Of a DNA stretch of 64,000 nt, positions 12,576 to 25,520 are shown piece by piece (the stretch's first letter is position 1; each line of letters begins with the position of its first letter). A program made the position numbers and the translations under genes. The DNA is from Chiloscyllium plagiosum (Eukaryota). The notes beneath the pieces are model-generated. The model searched no databases, was not told the origin of the DNA, and saw only the letters and a list, made by a program, of their open reading frames with translations. Location of the stretch: positions 4,561,220 to 4,625,219 of the forward strand of contig NC_057754.1 in NCBI RefSeq assembly GCF_004010195.1, given 5' to 3'.

Positions 12576-14286
12576 CCAATGCTTGAGGCCAAGTGAATAA
12601 CATGAGACAGGCCATGTTTAGCAGCACTGCCAAAATCATGAAGCCTAATAGTAAAAAGCTGTCCGAATTAGAGTCTGGTATTTTCCAGTTCTTCTGGAGT
12701 TAGAAATGAATTATGACTTGAAGACTCAGTTATGAAAGCTGAACATCACAGCTGCCAAGGAAATTGGCAATGGTAGAAAAGCAATTATTATCTTTATGCC
12801 AGTACCCCAACTGAAGTATTTTTAGAAGATCCAAGTGCAACTTGTGCACGAGTTTGAAAATAAAATTTTATGGTAAGCATGTTGTCTTCATTGCAGAGAG
12901 GAGCCTTTTGCCAAAATCCAACCAGGAAAAGTAGAAACATGAACAAACAGAAGCATCCCAGAAGCCATACATTGACTGCAGTGCGTGATGCCATTCTTGA
13001 AGATTTGGTTTGCCCCAATGATTGTGGACAAGAGAATCCGTGTGAAACTAATTAGTACAAAGCTCAAAGTACATTTGAACAAAGCTCAACAGAACAATGT
13101 AGAACACAAAAAAAGATACATTTTCAGCTGTCTACAAGAAACTAACTAGCTAGGATGTTGTATATGAATTACCAGAGTTCCAATGGTAGATTGTAAAGAA
13201 TGGTTCAAATAAAAAGAGTCAATACTGACAAAAAAGACATGCAAGGTTGTACTGTTGACCATATATGAAACTCAACAATTCAGTACTGTCGCTTTCCTTT
13301 TCACTTTACCTTACTCACTTTTTGCTTTATCTTTTCTAGCATAACCAAAATATCCGTGAAAATATAAATAAAACTCAAGCTTCCACACTCAACTACAACG
13401 TAGCTCAGAAATAAATTCTAGCTGTGGCAATTCCCAAGCTAATAAAGAGAGACACAGACAATGCATGAGAAATGAGCTTTGATTGCATCAGGAACGACGA
13501 GTTGCTGTTGACAAATTTCTTTAAATTATGGTCCTCAGTGCGAGCTCAACAAAATGTCATGTTATTAATACATTGAGAAATGAAATCCTCCCGATATGAG
13601 ATGCTGTTAGATGCAATAAGTTGATAATCAACAGGTTTTCAATTTCACTTCAATCAAAACATGCAGGAAATACTTGCCATATGTGCTGAGAAATGGAGGT
13701 GCGGATTCACAGCCAAGGTTTCCCACAAAATGGGTTCAGAGTTCGGGCAGGATTAGATGTGGATCACAGTCCAGGAACTTTCTTACCAAAGGAACCTCTA
13801 ATGGTTCACATTGTGGGTTAGATTCTCAGTAAATGTCAGTGATTATATTTTAACAATGAAGAGATTGTGGTAAAAAGAAAGCAATGAGCATGCAAGACGT
13901 ATAAACTAGAACAAAATGAATAGCAGCAGAGCTGGAGGAACTCTGTCTCAGTCTTTAGATATGGCATATCCTTACAAAAAGTAGATGCTTATTCTATTCT
14001 ACACAACAAAATGATTTAATGGGAATAGTTTTGATCCCTATTCAGATAGCTCTTTTGTGACGTGCAGTGTGCCAAAGAACAGCAATTTCTGTAAATGAAT
14101 GATGCACTGTAAACTATACTCCCATGGTACCATATCAAGACTGACTATCCATAGGACACTGAATAAAAATTGTAATGAAGAAATATGATATACTAGCTTC
14201 TAATCCTTGCCATGTCACCCTCAGCTACATTAGAATATAGACCAGATCTTAAGTGTAAGAGAAAGCTCCTATTATGCAGAAACAAC

Positions 14287-14292
14287 TTTATT
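14287..14292 (-). terminator. Candidate TOP6BL polyadenylation signal AATAAA
   Basis: TTTATT on plus, about 170 nt past the stop codon. Confidence 0.55.
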
Positions 14293-14462
14293 TTATAAAT
14301 TTTCCCTTTTGCTTTACTAAGTGATCCACTTAGTAAAAGTTATTTGTTATTACTATTTCAGACTGTATATGACTTTTACATTACAGTTATTAATACTCAT
14401 TTCTATCTTATTTGGATTGATGGCCTGAGGGATGCATTCAGCCCTCTCTCATCTGGTGGAAA

Positions 14463-14516
14463 TCACTGCATCCAATCAGACAAATTGGAAACTTCCTGAA
14501 GCCACAGATATTCCTC
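14463..14516 (-). CDS. TOP6BL: TOP6BL exon 16, last coding exon with REC114-binding motif
   Basis: tttgcag|EEYLWLQEVSNLSDWMQ*, matching the mammalian C-terminal 'LWLQEVSNLSEW'. Summed exons give 1923 nt with no internal stop. Confidence 0.95.
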   Translation of the reverse strand, partial: EEYLWLQEVSNLSDWMQ

Positions 14517-15619
14517 CTGCAAACAAGAGAACACAGAATACTATCATTATTGTAGAAATCAGTACACATACTACAATTACCATAAAACATTTCATATTTT
14601 GATTCCCCGAAGACGACACAGAAACAGCAGTTGGTGCCAGATCTGTTGTTTGTTTTAAATCTGAGATAAATTTTTGTTAAGCACAGGTATTAAGGGAAAT
14701 GGACAAAAGACAAGTATATGGAGTTAGGTCACATATCAGCCAGGATCTCATTAAATTTCAGAAAAGGCTCGAGGGACTGAATGGCCTACTTTTGTTTCTA
14801 TGCTTCAATGTGGAATAAAGTTAACTCATGCTCATTCTATTTGTTTGCAAACCACGTCTCACCAATCAAATAATTCTTACTACGATTTTATGATTATTTT
14901 AGTGAATCTGTTACTTGATGGTAGAAAGCATTTGGATTCAGATAATTTAATAAGGTGCCTAAATGGGTAATGGGATCTTTGCTGAATGTTCAGTTATTAT
15001 GCTATACATAAAAACTGCAAGCTTTGCCAATTAAATTCCAGCAACAGTCTTTCTTTCGTTTCTTCCATAGCTCCACTCAAAGTGACTCTAAGCTTATCTT
15101 GTCCATGAAACCCACCTCCTATTCCATTGAACCTATTCTCAATATACAGCTGTTCACCTGACTTCCCCATCTCTTTGCTGATAAATAAATATTATAAATG
15201 TTTCTCACTTTTCAGCCGTGCTTCCTCTTTCTTTAAATCATTGTCATAACCCATCCCCTCAAAAAATTCCTCAATTGCATCAAGTTTGAAAATGACCATT
15301 CCAATTCTAACGTCCCTTTTCCTGTCCAAAGTCCTTGAATATTATTGTGACCTCTCAAATCTGTTTCATCCTTGAGGAATGCAGGACTCTTATGATGTGG
15401 GTGTAATGTCTCTACTGCTGGGCCAGGAGACACACGTTCAGTCCCCCGTTCCAGTTTTGAACAGTTTGATTAGAAAATATTTAGCCTGAGAAACTCAGAG
15501 CTCTTGTGGTAGTGTCCCAACCTCTGGGCCAAGAGTCCCAAATTCAGTCCCACCTGTTCAGAAGTATGTGATGACATCTCTAAATAGGTTGATTAGAAAA
15601 TATCTACTCTAAGGAACTC

Positions 15620-16230
15620 CTGCAACTATGTCCTGGGACTGAGACAACTGATCTTGTACTCGGTATGACTCCAATCTGCGAAGAGTGTGCCTCCTGATTC
15701 CCATTGGCTCCAGTTTTGCCAGGGTTCCTTGAAGTCATTCTTAGTCAAATATTGCCTGATGTCAAAGACAATCATTTTTACCTTGCCTCTGAAATTTAGC
15801 TCTTTAGTCCATATTTGAACTAAGACTGTAATGAAGAAAACAGGTGAGTGGCCATTGTGAAATCCAATGAGCATCATTGAACAGGTTATTGCCGAGCAAG
15901 TGCTGCTTGACAGCACTGTCAACAACATCGTCCATCACTTTGATGATTGAGAGTTGTTTGATCGGGTGACAAGTGACCAGGTTAGATTTGTCCTACTGAT
16001 CAGGACATACCTAAGTAGTTTTTCACATTGTTGAGTAGATGCCAGTGTTATGTTGCACTAGAAAAGCTTGACTAGGGACATGGCTAATTCTGGCACACAA
16101 GTCTTCAGTACGATTGCTGGAACAATGTCGGGGTGTTTGCAGTTTCCAGTGTCTTCAGTCATTTCTTGAAATCACTGAAGAATTTAACTTGTGATGTTGG
16201 GACCTCAGGAGGTGGCTGAGGTGGAGTTTC
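15620..16230 (-). mobile_element. Decayed CR1/L2-like LINE RT fragment
   Basis: RT remnants on minus; same family as 41570-42510, 47160-47990 and 57400-58000. Confidence 0.6.
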
Positions 16231-16879
16231 AACTTTTAAGGTATTACTTAAAATCGACCTCTTTGAGAAAGCTTTTAGTCATTTGACCTAACATCTCAAC
16301 ATCACACTCTGATTTATAACGCTTACATGAAGTGCCTTGGGATTTTTTATTTAAAAGGCATATATAATTTGTTGCTGTTGTTGGCAACTTTGTGCCTAGA
16401 GTTGACGGTTACAGGTTGATTTTTTTTTATTTAAAAAGGTGCACAACACCACTGTAGCTATTTGTTGTCTATTTCTAGATGCCTCAAGAAAATATTAGAC
16501 CTTCATAATAACTATTGTTACAATTAGTCATTTTAGAGGTCAATAAGACATCGTGAGCACCTTACACGTATAGTACATATAATGATAGTTGGAATGACAG
16601 ATTTCTTTCTCTGCAGAATATTAATGAACTTACTTTGCTTTTATAACAAACTGAAAAACTTCATTGCCATCTTTTCTGATGTTGACCCACAATGATCAGA
16701 TTTGTCTGATTAAACTTCACAACACATTGTGATGGATTCTGAACTCAACCTTTGGGTTCCTATGTCTTTTAGCATAAATATAGTGATGGTTTCCATATTT
16801 ACCAAGGGCTTACTTGAGCAAAAGATATGAATTGTCACGAAAATAAACTAGGATCCAAATGCTGGAGACAAGCACAAAC

Positions 16880-17256
16880 CTTAATATCAGTTGTTTTTCC
16901 AATGATCGTTTGCTCAGTGCTCATTGTACTGCACTGTACCCCGAAGGAGCCAATCGTCTCAGATGTTAATCTTATTGGGAATGATGCTGAGACCTGCATA
17001 TCTGTTTTCAGCAAGGAGACATGGCTTGTGTTAAGATTTTCCATCCTTGGATATTTATATTCTTTTTCCACTGTGTTTTTGAAAGGGCTGCTATGGAAAT
17101 TTGGATAGGTCTTCATTCCACATGCATCCAGCTGCCTTTTCTTTGCACCTATTCCTTGTTCAATGCTGTTGGAACCAGAGTCTGTTTCTACTGTCAATTT
17201 TGGAGATTCAGCACCCCAAAGCGCACTGTCCAAACCTGACAATGTGAATGATAGAT
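16880..17256 (-). CDS. TOP6BL: TOP6BL exon 15 (low-complexity linker)
   Basis: Lies within ORF 16835..17296; ttttgcag|(D)LSFTLSGLDS...GAKKRQLD...KTTDIK|gtttgt; 377 nt. An in-frame alternative acceptor sits 21 nt inside (17235). Confidence 0.82.
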
Positions 17257-18436
17257 CTGCAAAATACAATATTACATAAAATTTAAAAAGTTGCATTCCA
17301 GTAATGCCGTCTCAAATCTTCCACTAAACATTTAAAAGGGCATCAGTTAAAGTCCTTATTTATGCTTATCTATGTAATCTACGGAGTTTAAAATTACTGA
17401 AAAGGTCAGAAAACAAATCTCTAGAATTTAATTCCTTTTCAACTCTCCACTGTTCATCCTTCATTTGTAGGAATGATCTGACTCTGACATTCCACACAGT
17501 ATAGTGGATTGTAAGGGTCTTGTTTTGTGTAAATGAAGTGGTCATGGAATCAAAGCGTAAAACTGGTATGGCACCAATTGCAATCCTGTTTACACTAGTA
17601 CCTTACTTATGTGGAAATCAGGCAGTGAAGTTTTGGGTGAGCCAACATTTATGAGAGGCAAATAATAGCAGGTTGACAAGAAAACATTGGAAGAGTTAAG
17701 AATGGTGGCAGGAAAAACATGGCTGAGGGTTTCAGCAACAGATAAACAGAAACAGGGATGGAACCAGGTTATATTACAGAGGGGGAAAATGTGGTCTTAG
17801 CGATGTTCATGATATAGCATTAGAAAAGAAATTCAACTCAGAGTCAAATAAAGCGCAAAATTCGAATTTTGCCAGAGACAGTGGTTAGAGAGGTGGAAAT
17901 ATTGTTGTTGCGAGAATGGAGTTTGTGTTGGAGGCCAAAGACATGGTTAATTGAAGGATATTTTGATTCATTCAATGCTGGATATCTGACAATAAGAAAG
18001 CAATAAAGTGATCAGAAAGCTGGATGTCACCAGCGTACATTTAGAGGTTGACATGTTTTCAGGCGATTTCATTAAATGGCAGCAAATAATGAGAGCTGGG
18101 AGCATGTCAAACATTGGGGACTTTAGAGATACTGGTGTAGGGGTAGAAATCAGAGGCCACTGAAGAAGAGATGGGGAACAGGACACAGAAAAAAGAACTG
18201 CAAGCCTTTCATATTATATTAAATCTATTTAGACAATGTATTAGTTAGGCCATATAATTAAGTTCATACATAACAGCAATATGACCTGAGCTCACTGAGG
18301 GACACAGAGATGAAGAGACCCAAGAAACATAAGGCAGTAGTGAGGTCTAAAACAGAGAGATTAGGACTACAGTATTTAGAAACAAAAGTCATTGGCACAT
18401 AATTGATCAGATATTTTGTTCTAAATGAACCTATAC

Positions 18437-18566
18437 CTGATTCAGAACCATCAAGCTCCGTATGGATTTTCTGGGATTTGTCTGCATCATACAGACTGTC
18501 TTGACTGGTCTCTGGGGCAGCTGAATCAGTGCTAGATAGCACCCGGTCACCATTTCCTGAATGAAT
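18437..18566 (-). CDS. TOP6BL: TOP6BL exon 14 (low-complexity linker)
   Basis: IHSGNGDRVLSSTDSAAPETSQDSLYDADKSQKIHTELDGSES; AG/GT flanks; phase 0 to 1 bridges exons 13 and 15; 130 nt. Confidence 0.78.
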
Positions 18567-18920
18567 CTTAAGTCAAAACACAATCAACTTTAAGTCTGTG
18601 CAGTTAAATTCATTTGGAATCAATCACAATATCAACCTTAATGGCCCAACATAATGAGTGCCCCAAATACATTTTATTGAATCATCTAACTGTGAAGATT
18701 AAATGACATTTTGAGATAATGTTACAGAAACTGTTGCCTTTCTCAGGATCATGCATTTTTTTCATACTCCGATAATACATAAATTATTAAAGAATGTCAC
18801 TTTTGAGTAGTACAAACAGATCATAGTAAGATCATGAAATATCCAGGAAGCAAATTATATTAAATCGAGTCTTCTGAATCGCTCAGACATAATCAATTCT
18901 CAATTTATGTAAGAACATAC

Positions 18921-19019
18921 TCGTTTCATGTCACAGACTCTGCTCAGGAGAAATCTATTCTGGATAATATTCTGTAGAGTATTCTGAAGTGACGTCTTAA
19001 TTTCTTGTGTGTTTGAGAC
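18921..19019 (-). CDS. TOP6BL: TOP6BL exon 13
   Basis: VSNTQEIKTSLQNTLQNIIQNRFLLSRVCDMKR, similar to mouse 'ADTQEF...ITQHQFL..CSCD'; ttccag / gtatgt flanks; 99 nt. Confidence 0.9.
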
Positions 19020-19449
19020 CTGGAAAGTCAATAATAAATATCTTTTAAATTAAGTTACATCTGTAATAATTTAGGCTTTCAAGTAATGAAAATAAATGAT
19101 GGAAACAAGTAGTGCAATGGAGCAGCATGTGAGAACTGCAATAGTTGCAGCATCTCGCTGATGCCCAACCAAAATCTTCTAACTCAATAAAAATTACAGA
19201 ATATTAAGTAATAGAATAGAAACAGCTCATTTGTTCCATCAGGATTGTGTCAAAATTATTATTTTTTGTCTAGTACTATAGAGAAACACCTTATCTTGCC
19301 AAACCATGAGACACAGCACAATGAAGAAACTGAATGATGCTTTGACACTTACATATTTGGTAAGGTGCTATTTATGTTTGTCTCAGTGCCATCGTTGCTG
19401 CTTAAAGTAGTGCATGCTATTTGCCAACCACAGTGCACCCCATGCATAC

Positions 19450-19560
19450 CTTCAGGAGCTGTAGCGACTTGATTCTAAAATCACGATTTGTACTGCTTGA
19501 CAATACACTGTGAATTGCATCACAGATGACAGTGGTTGCAGTCTGCATCTTCCTCTGATC
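19450..19560 (-). CDS. TOP6BL: TOP6BL exon 12 (transducer region)
   Basis: DQRKMQTATTVICDAIHSVLSSSTNRDFRIKSLQLLK, similar to mouse 'SIMSVLTGST.SSFRKTCLQAL'; 111 nt. Confidence 0.92.
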
Positions 19561-20485
19561 CTATAGACAAAGAAGTTAAATAGCCACTCATTCACAGCAA
19601 TTATAAAGTGTTCCTCCTCTCAAATTAGTAAAATCAAATAGAATGTTAAACATGCAAGAAACTTTCGTAAGAATGCTATTTTTTGGGATTGTCAGGAGAT
19701 AAAGGTAAGGTTGTAAATGGTACTCATTCTTAGCTTGGCTGATGACATTTAGAATCATCCACATGATGTAAGACTAGAATCATTATCAGGCCAGATCAGA
19801 CAGAAGTTCATATATGTCATTGAGGACATTAGTGAATTTGTTGGGTTTTTATAACAATCTAGGAACTGTCACAAAGTTATTTTACTAATATTAGCCCTTG
19901 AACAAGCAGATTTATTCAATTAATGTTAAAGAGGGGCAAATACATATCCAGAGTGGATCAGGTATTTGTAACAAATTCTTCTTTTTCCTTTTCTCTTCTC
20001 CAAAACACTCCTGAGTCTCACTAGGTCTAAGTTGTCCTTTCATACCTATGATGTATTATGTATATGACAAGCTAGACAGTAAATTTTGAAAGGCTAGCTA
20101 TTCTGAGATAACTCCTAAAAGATTGGAATCCAGTTTTAGTGCATTTTCTCCCTTTTAAGTCCACCTTTACAAAGCTTGCTTGATACCTCCTCAGGTGTAA
20201 CATTCCACGATCTTTCACTCAAGACAGCTGCTGAATTTACATCCATTGCTATTTCAGTCTTTGTTTAAAAGAACACATATGGTAATTAAAAGTTTACCAT
20301 CTCCATACATATGATCCATGGTCAAGATACCCTATAATGTAATATTGACAGAATACATTACAAGGAAATACCAGATGAAATCTAAAATCTATATTTATTG
20401 TAAAGCATCAGGTAATTATGTTATCAGTTCATCATTGCCAAAAACTAATCGAAGTTCCTATATCTTTTGAGTTCGCTTCTGATAC

Positions 20486-20607
20486 CTTTCTGTAATGTAA
20501 GCATTCATCCAAGACTTGATGGAGCACAGGTTGAACTGATTTCCTCACAACATCTTTATTATAATGAAGAATCTGGTCCAGATGTTCAACAATCGTTTTC
20601 TGTCCCG
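20486..20607 (-). CDS. TOP6BL: TOP6BL exon 11
   Basis: (A)GQKTIVEHLDQILHYNKDVVRKSVQPVLHQVLDECLHYRK; AG/GT flanks; 122 nt. Confidence 0.88.
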
Positions 20608-20942
20608 CTGTCCACAAAAAAAACATGAGAAGTTCCCACCAAAAACAAATCTTTTGAAGACATAAGTTTTATCATCATTTTGCCAGTGGCAATCCAAATA
20701 GCAAACAATTGGACATACTGATTGCAAAACCAAGACCAAGCTTTTCACCAACAATAGCACTTATGTTTTCTTAAAAGTTTTAAATATGGAAGACATAATT
20801 AACTTCACAGTAGTGATAGAAAGGAAAGTCAGAGTAAAAGATGGCTTTGTCACCGTAATTATTTGTGTCTTTTTTTTAAATGGGTCAATAATGTAAATAC
20901 ACCTGATAATAAAAGCTTGTTGACCAGGCTTTGTGAAAATAC

Positions 20943-21092
20943 CTATTACATCCAACAGCTCAAAGTGGAAGTCATCCCAGTATTGAATGAAAAGGAAAAG
21001 AAGCAGCATCTGTTCTTGGGCTCTACCAGATTCAAACCAGTCATCTTCCAGGATTGATTGAAGTTTGTAATTGATATCTGGACAAGCTAATC
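20943..21092 (-). CDS. TOP6BL: TOP6BL exon 10
   Basis: (G)LACPDINYKLQSILEDDWFESGRAQEQMLLLFLFIQYWDDFHFELLDVI, similar to mouse 'LPDVNY...LLLFLFVDF'; cacag / gtattt flanks; 150 nt. Confidence 0.92.
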
Positions 21093-21602
21093 CTGTGATA
21101 AATACAAATATGTACAGTGTAACTGGCTCTTAAAAGTTATTTTCAGATTTCTTTCCCCTGTCTGGCAGATGTTTACTTTTATGGAGGTGCACACCAATGA
21201 AGTCACTAGTCCTTTAGTATCACTGAAATGGCCATTTTCTTGCATGATCTTGTGATTATCGATGCATATTTAACCATACAGTGCATCGTATTTGAGGTAG
21301 ACCCAATCCTCACCAAGCAGACACATGCAACATAAATTACTGCATAGTGATTCAGAGAGGGAACCTTCGTTGAATGTTCTGTTCCATTAATCAAAGTTAT
21401 TGAGAGTTCTATCCTGTAGCTAAGCATGGCACATCTAGAAAGTTTGTCCAGTGACCAATCAGCAAGATGTTTAGTTCAGGCTTTCCTGCAACAGTGCACA
21501 ACTAAGTTAAATAAAACAAGTAAACACACAAACATTCAGAACAGGACCCAAAGTAAAACACCTCCTGATTGAGAGCAGGTGTTTATCATTGAACTTTGTG
21601 GA

Positions 21603-22086
21603 CTCTCTTGTGGTGTAGTGGTACAATCTCTACCCCTGGACTGAGAGACCCAGGTTCAAGTCAGTTTCACTGCTGCCTCACGGCGCCAGGGACCTGGGTT
21701 CGATTCCCACCTTGGGCAACTGTCTGTGTGGAGTTTGCACATTCTCCCTCCGGGTGCTCCAGTTTCCTCCCACAGTCCAAAGATGTGCAGGTTAGGGTGG
21801 ATTGGCCGTGCTGAACTCCCCATAATGTTAGGTGCATTAGTCAGGGGCAAGTGTAAGGGAATGGGTCTGTGTGGGTTACTCTTTGGAGGGTCGGTGTGGA
21901 CTTGTTGGGCCGAAGGGCCTGTTTCTGTATGAGGGTAAGTGGAGTTGAAATGCCCATCAGCCATGATTGAATGGCAGAGTGGACTCGATGGGCTGAATGG
22001 CCTTACTTCCACTCCTATGTCTTATGGTCTTAAGTCCCGCCTGCTCCAAAAGTATGCAATAACATCTCTGAATAGATTATTTCAAA
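21603..22086 (+). mobile_element. Short tRNA-derived SINE interrupted by a V-SINE plus CR1 tail
   Basis: Host SINE breaks at ggttcAAGTC (21662) and resumes at AAGTCccgcctgctcc (22032); insert has a V-domain. Further copies of the short SINE at ~8715-8820, 15500-15600, 23385-23490 and 23700-23810. Confidence 0.7.
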
Positions 22087-22478
22087 AAAATAGGTTAAAT
22101 AAAACTTCTGTGACCACTTGGTCAGACTGAAGGAGCAGCATCGGTGAAGGTGTCAACCATTTCAAGTGTCTCTGACAGGACCAGATAGAGGTCACATGCA
22201 AACTTCAGAAAGAATGGCAGCCTGGTGCAGGAGTGTGGTGGCAGCCAGCGGTCAGACCATATGGAGGCCCCTGTGCTGGTCTGATGCAGACTGCCTTTGG
22301 AGAGAGACTGTGATGTTGCCTAAGATGGCAATGCAATGTAGTGACTTTTAAACCTTTCACTGTTTTCATTTGAGTACGTGATCATAAAATTCCAATCCAA
22401 ATATCAATCCAACCTGCTCATCAAATACATCCTTCGTTATCTACGCCAGGGTGTTCCAGATCTAGCATTGGACTATTT

Positions 22479-22771
22479 TGTTACTTTAGGACCTACAATT
22501 TCAGAATGGAAGGAAGTCACACTAAGGAAGCTAAGAAAACAGGAGTACTTCTGTAGTGGTTGTAAAGAGTCATTGAGTATGAGATCCTCAGTTGAGGCTG
22601 TTAACCTGGGCCGATCAGGGAACCCTGTCTGACAGATATAAACAGGAGGTTTGGAGAGTCTCCTCACTCTATGGACTGGGTCTGAGCTAACTGATCAGAG
22701 CCCATGTATATTGCATGTGTAAATAAAGGGTAATTTGGTAATGGTACACTGGCCTCTGTTCAGTTATTTCA
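22479..22771 (+). mobile_element. Probable solo LTR (Gypsy-like)
   Basis: TG...CA termini, internal GATATAAA and AATAAA, ends ..agttatttca; no clear TSD. Confidence 0.45.
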
Positions 22772-22829
22772 ACTTCCCTTATCTAAACATCTGTTTTGCT
22801 GTCACTATTGTCTACATATTAAGTTGCAT

Positions 22830-23362
22830 TACAGGTAGACAAGATGGTTAAGAAGGCATTTAGTATGCTTGCCTTCATTGCGAAGACCACTGAGTATAGG
22901 AATTGGGGCATCATGTTGAGGCTGTACAGGACACTTTTGCAGTACTGTGTATAGTTCTGGTTGCCTCTACTACAGGAAGGATATTATTAAATTGGAGAGG
23001 GTTCAGAAAAGATTTAGCTGAATGGTGGGTTTACTAAAATCATGAGGGATAAGATAAGATGGGGGAGTTCAAAACTAGGGGGCATATTTTTAAGGTGAGA
23101 GAAGATTTAAAAGGGACTGGAGGGGCAACTTTTTCACATAGAGGATGGTTTGAGTGTGGAATGAAATGGCAGAGGATCTGGTAGATGCAGGTACCATTAC
23201 AACATTTAGAAGATATTTGGATAGATACATGAATAGGAAAGGTTTAGAGAGTTATGGGCCAAATGCAAGCAAGTGGGACAACTTTTAGTTTGCGAAATGT
23301 GGCTGGCATGGATGAGCTATACCAAAGGATATGTTTTCATGATGTATGACTCCATAACTCTA
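22830..23362 (+). mobile_element. CR1 LINE 3' fragment
   Basis: ..YCV*FW....LERVQKRF.. remnants and CR1 tail. Confidence 0.8.
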
Positions 23363-24045
23363 ATTAAGAAACAAGCTTACAGGGCCCTCTTGTGGTATAG
23401 CAGTAGTGTCCCTACCACTGGACTGATATGCCTGGGTTCAAATCTTTGAGATGTGTAATAACAACTTTGAACAGATTGATTAGAAAAATAGGCTAAATTT
23501 AAAAAATTCTAAAAGCATTTTAAAAATGGGCTTAAATGCCACAGGTAATTTGCTGGTGGGGATAAAAAGCCATTTGGTTGCCAGTGACAATGGCTCTAGA
23601 TATTAAAAAAAATTAAGAGGTAGGCCTGCTAGAGGTGTGCTATAACAAATCTGAAAAGATTGATTAAATGCATTTACACTTATGAATGTTTCTAGGAGTA
23701 CTAGTGGTCTAGTGGTAGTGTCCCTGTTTCTGAACGAGGAGGTCTGGGTTCAAGTTCTACCTGCTCCAGAGGTGTGTAATAATATCTTTGAACAGGTTGA
23801 TTATAAAATATAAATAGGTAGGGTCTTGTTCGGCAGGAAAATCCCAGCATTGTTGGGAGCTGCCCTTCCTGTTCCAGTGGCCACTGGTATTGGAGGAGGA
23901 ATCAGACGAAAATCATGGACAAGTCCAAGAACCACACCAACCACATCTAGTCTAGCAAGTGGGCCAGAACAAGGATCAAAAAAAATCAGTGTTATCAATT
24001 TGAACACCTGAAAGGGGTTGATCCCAAATTCCTGAGGAACATCTG

Positions 24046-24322
24046 GGGCAGCACAGTGACTCAGTGGTTAGCACTGTTGCCTCACAGCGCTAGGTTCAAT
24101 TCCAGTTTGCACATTCTCCCAGTGTCTGCGCGAGTTTCTTCCCACAGTTCAAAGATGTACAGGTTAGGTGGATTAACCATGCTAAATTGTCCGTTGTGTC
24201 CATGGACATGCAGGCTAATTGGATTAGCCATGGGAATGCAGGGTTACAAGGACAGGGTAGAGGGGTGAGATGCTCTTCAGAGGGTTGGTGTGGACTTGAA
24301 GGGCTTCCACACCAGGGATTCT
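24046..24322 (+). mobile_element. V-SINE, decayed
   Basis: Head ggggcagcacagtgactcagtggttagcactg plus V-domain. Confidence 0.7.
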
Positions 24323-24577
24323 TTGAAAAAGGACAACAACAAAGGAGCTGGCAAGGTTGAACACTAAAATCAAATCAATTTCTACAAGAAGCACCAACAG
24401 TCTTGATGATTTAACATCTGTTCTTGAGGATGGCATCCCTGTGGTATATTGCATTTAAACTGTGTATTTTAAATAAAATTCAAGATGCAGAAAAAGGAGA
24501 GGTAGGCTCTTCCCCAGCTGGGAAGGTGGCTACAGCGGTGTTATCTTCTGGGCAGGGAAAGGATTCAGAAAGGAAAG

Positions 24578-25520
24578 ATGGTGTACTGCAAGGATCTGTT
24601 TTGGGGCAACTGCTGTTTGTCATTTTCATGAATGACCTGGATGAGGATGTAGAAGGATGGGTTAGTAAATTTGCGGATGACACTAAGGTAGGTGGAGTTG
24701 TGCATAATGCTGAATGATGTTGCAGGTTGCAGACGGACATAGATGAGCTGCAGAGCTGGGCTGAAAGGTGGCAAATAGAGTTTAATTTGGAAAAGCGTGA
24801 GATGATTCACTTTGGAAGGAGCAACAGGAATAAAGAGTACTCGATTAATGATAAGGTTCTTGATAGGATAGATGAGCAGAGAGATCTTGGTGTCCATGTA
24901 CATAGATCGCTGTAAGCTGCCACCCAGGTTGATAGGGTTGTTAAGAAGGGCTACGGTGTGTTAGCTTTTATTGGTAATGCGACTGAGTTTCAGAGCCAAG
25001 AAGTCATGTAGCAGCTGTACAAAACTCTGGGGAGGCTGCACTTGGAGTATTGTGTACAGTTCTGGTCACTGTATTATAGGAAGGACATGGAAGTGTTGGA
25101 AAGGGTTCAGAGGAGATTTACTAGAATGTCACCTAGTATGGAGGGAAGGTCTTATGAGGAAAGATTGAGGGACTTGAGGCTGTTTTTGTTAGAAGGTTGA
25201 GAGGTGACTTAATTGAGACATATAAGATAATCAGAGGGTTAGATAGGATGGACAGTGACTGCCTTTTTCCTCAGATGGTGATGGTAAGCACGAAGGGACA
25301 AAGCTTTAAATAGAGGGTGATAGATTTAGGACAGATGTCAGAGGTAGTTTCTTTACTCAGAGAGTAGTAGACTTGCCAACTTTAAGGGCATTTAAATGGT
25401 CATTGATAAATATATGGATAAAAATGGAATAGTGTAGGGTAGATGGGTTTCAGTTTGGTTTCATAGGTGGGCACAACATTGAGGGCCAAAGGGCCTGTAC
25501 TGCACTGTAATGTTCTATGG
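24578..25520 (+). mobile_element. CR1 LINE RT and 3' end
   Basis: [37 protein letters not shown]; 3' tail gggcctgtactgcactgtaatgttctatg. Confidence 0.9.

Noticed and set aside
12971-13047. Exon-like segment on minus (ag|..[25 protein letters not shown]|gtatgg)
   Set aside because: Lies past the TOP6BL stop and polyA signal and upstream of RCE1; no recognisable homology; splice-like flanks can arise by chance.
23801-24011. Opposing short ORFs in TOP6BL intron 9, considered as a missing exon that would avoid the GA donor
   Set aside because: Exons 9 and 10 are already collinear with the mammalian protein, and these ORFs show no TOP6BL similarity.
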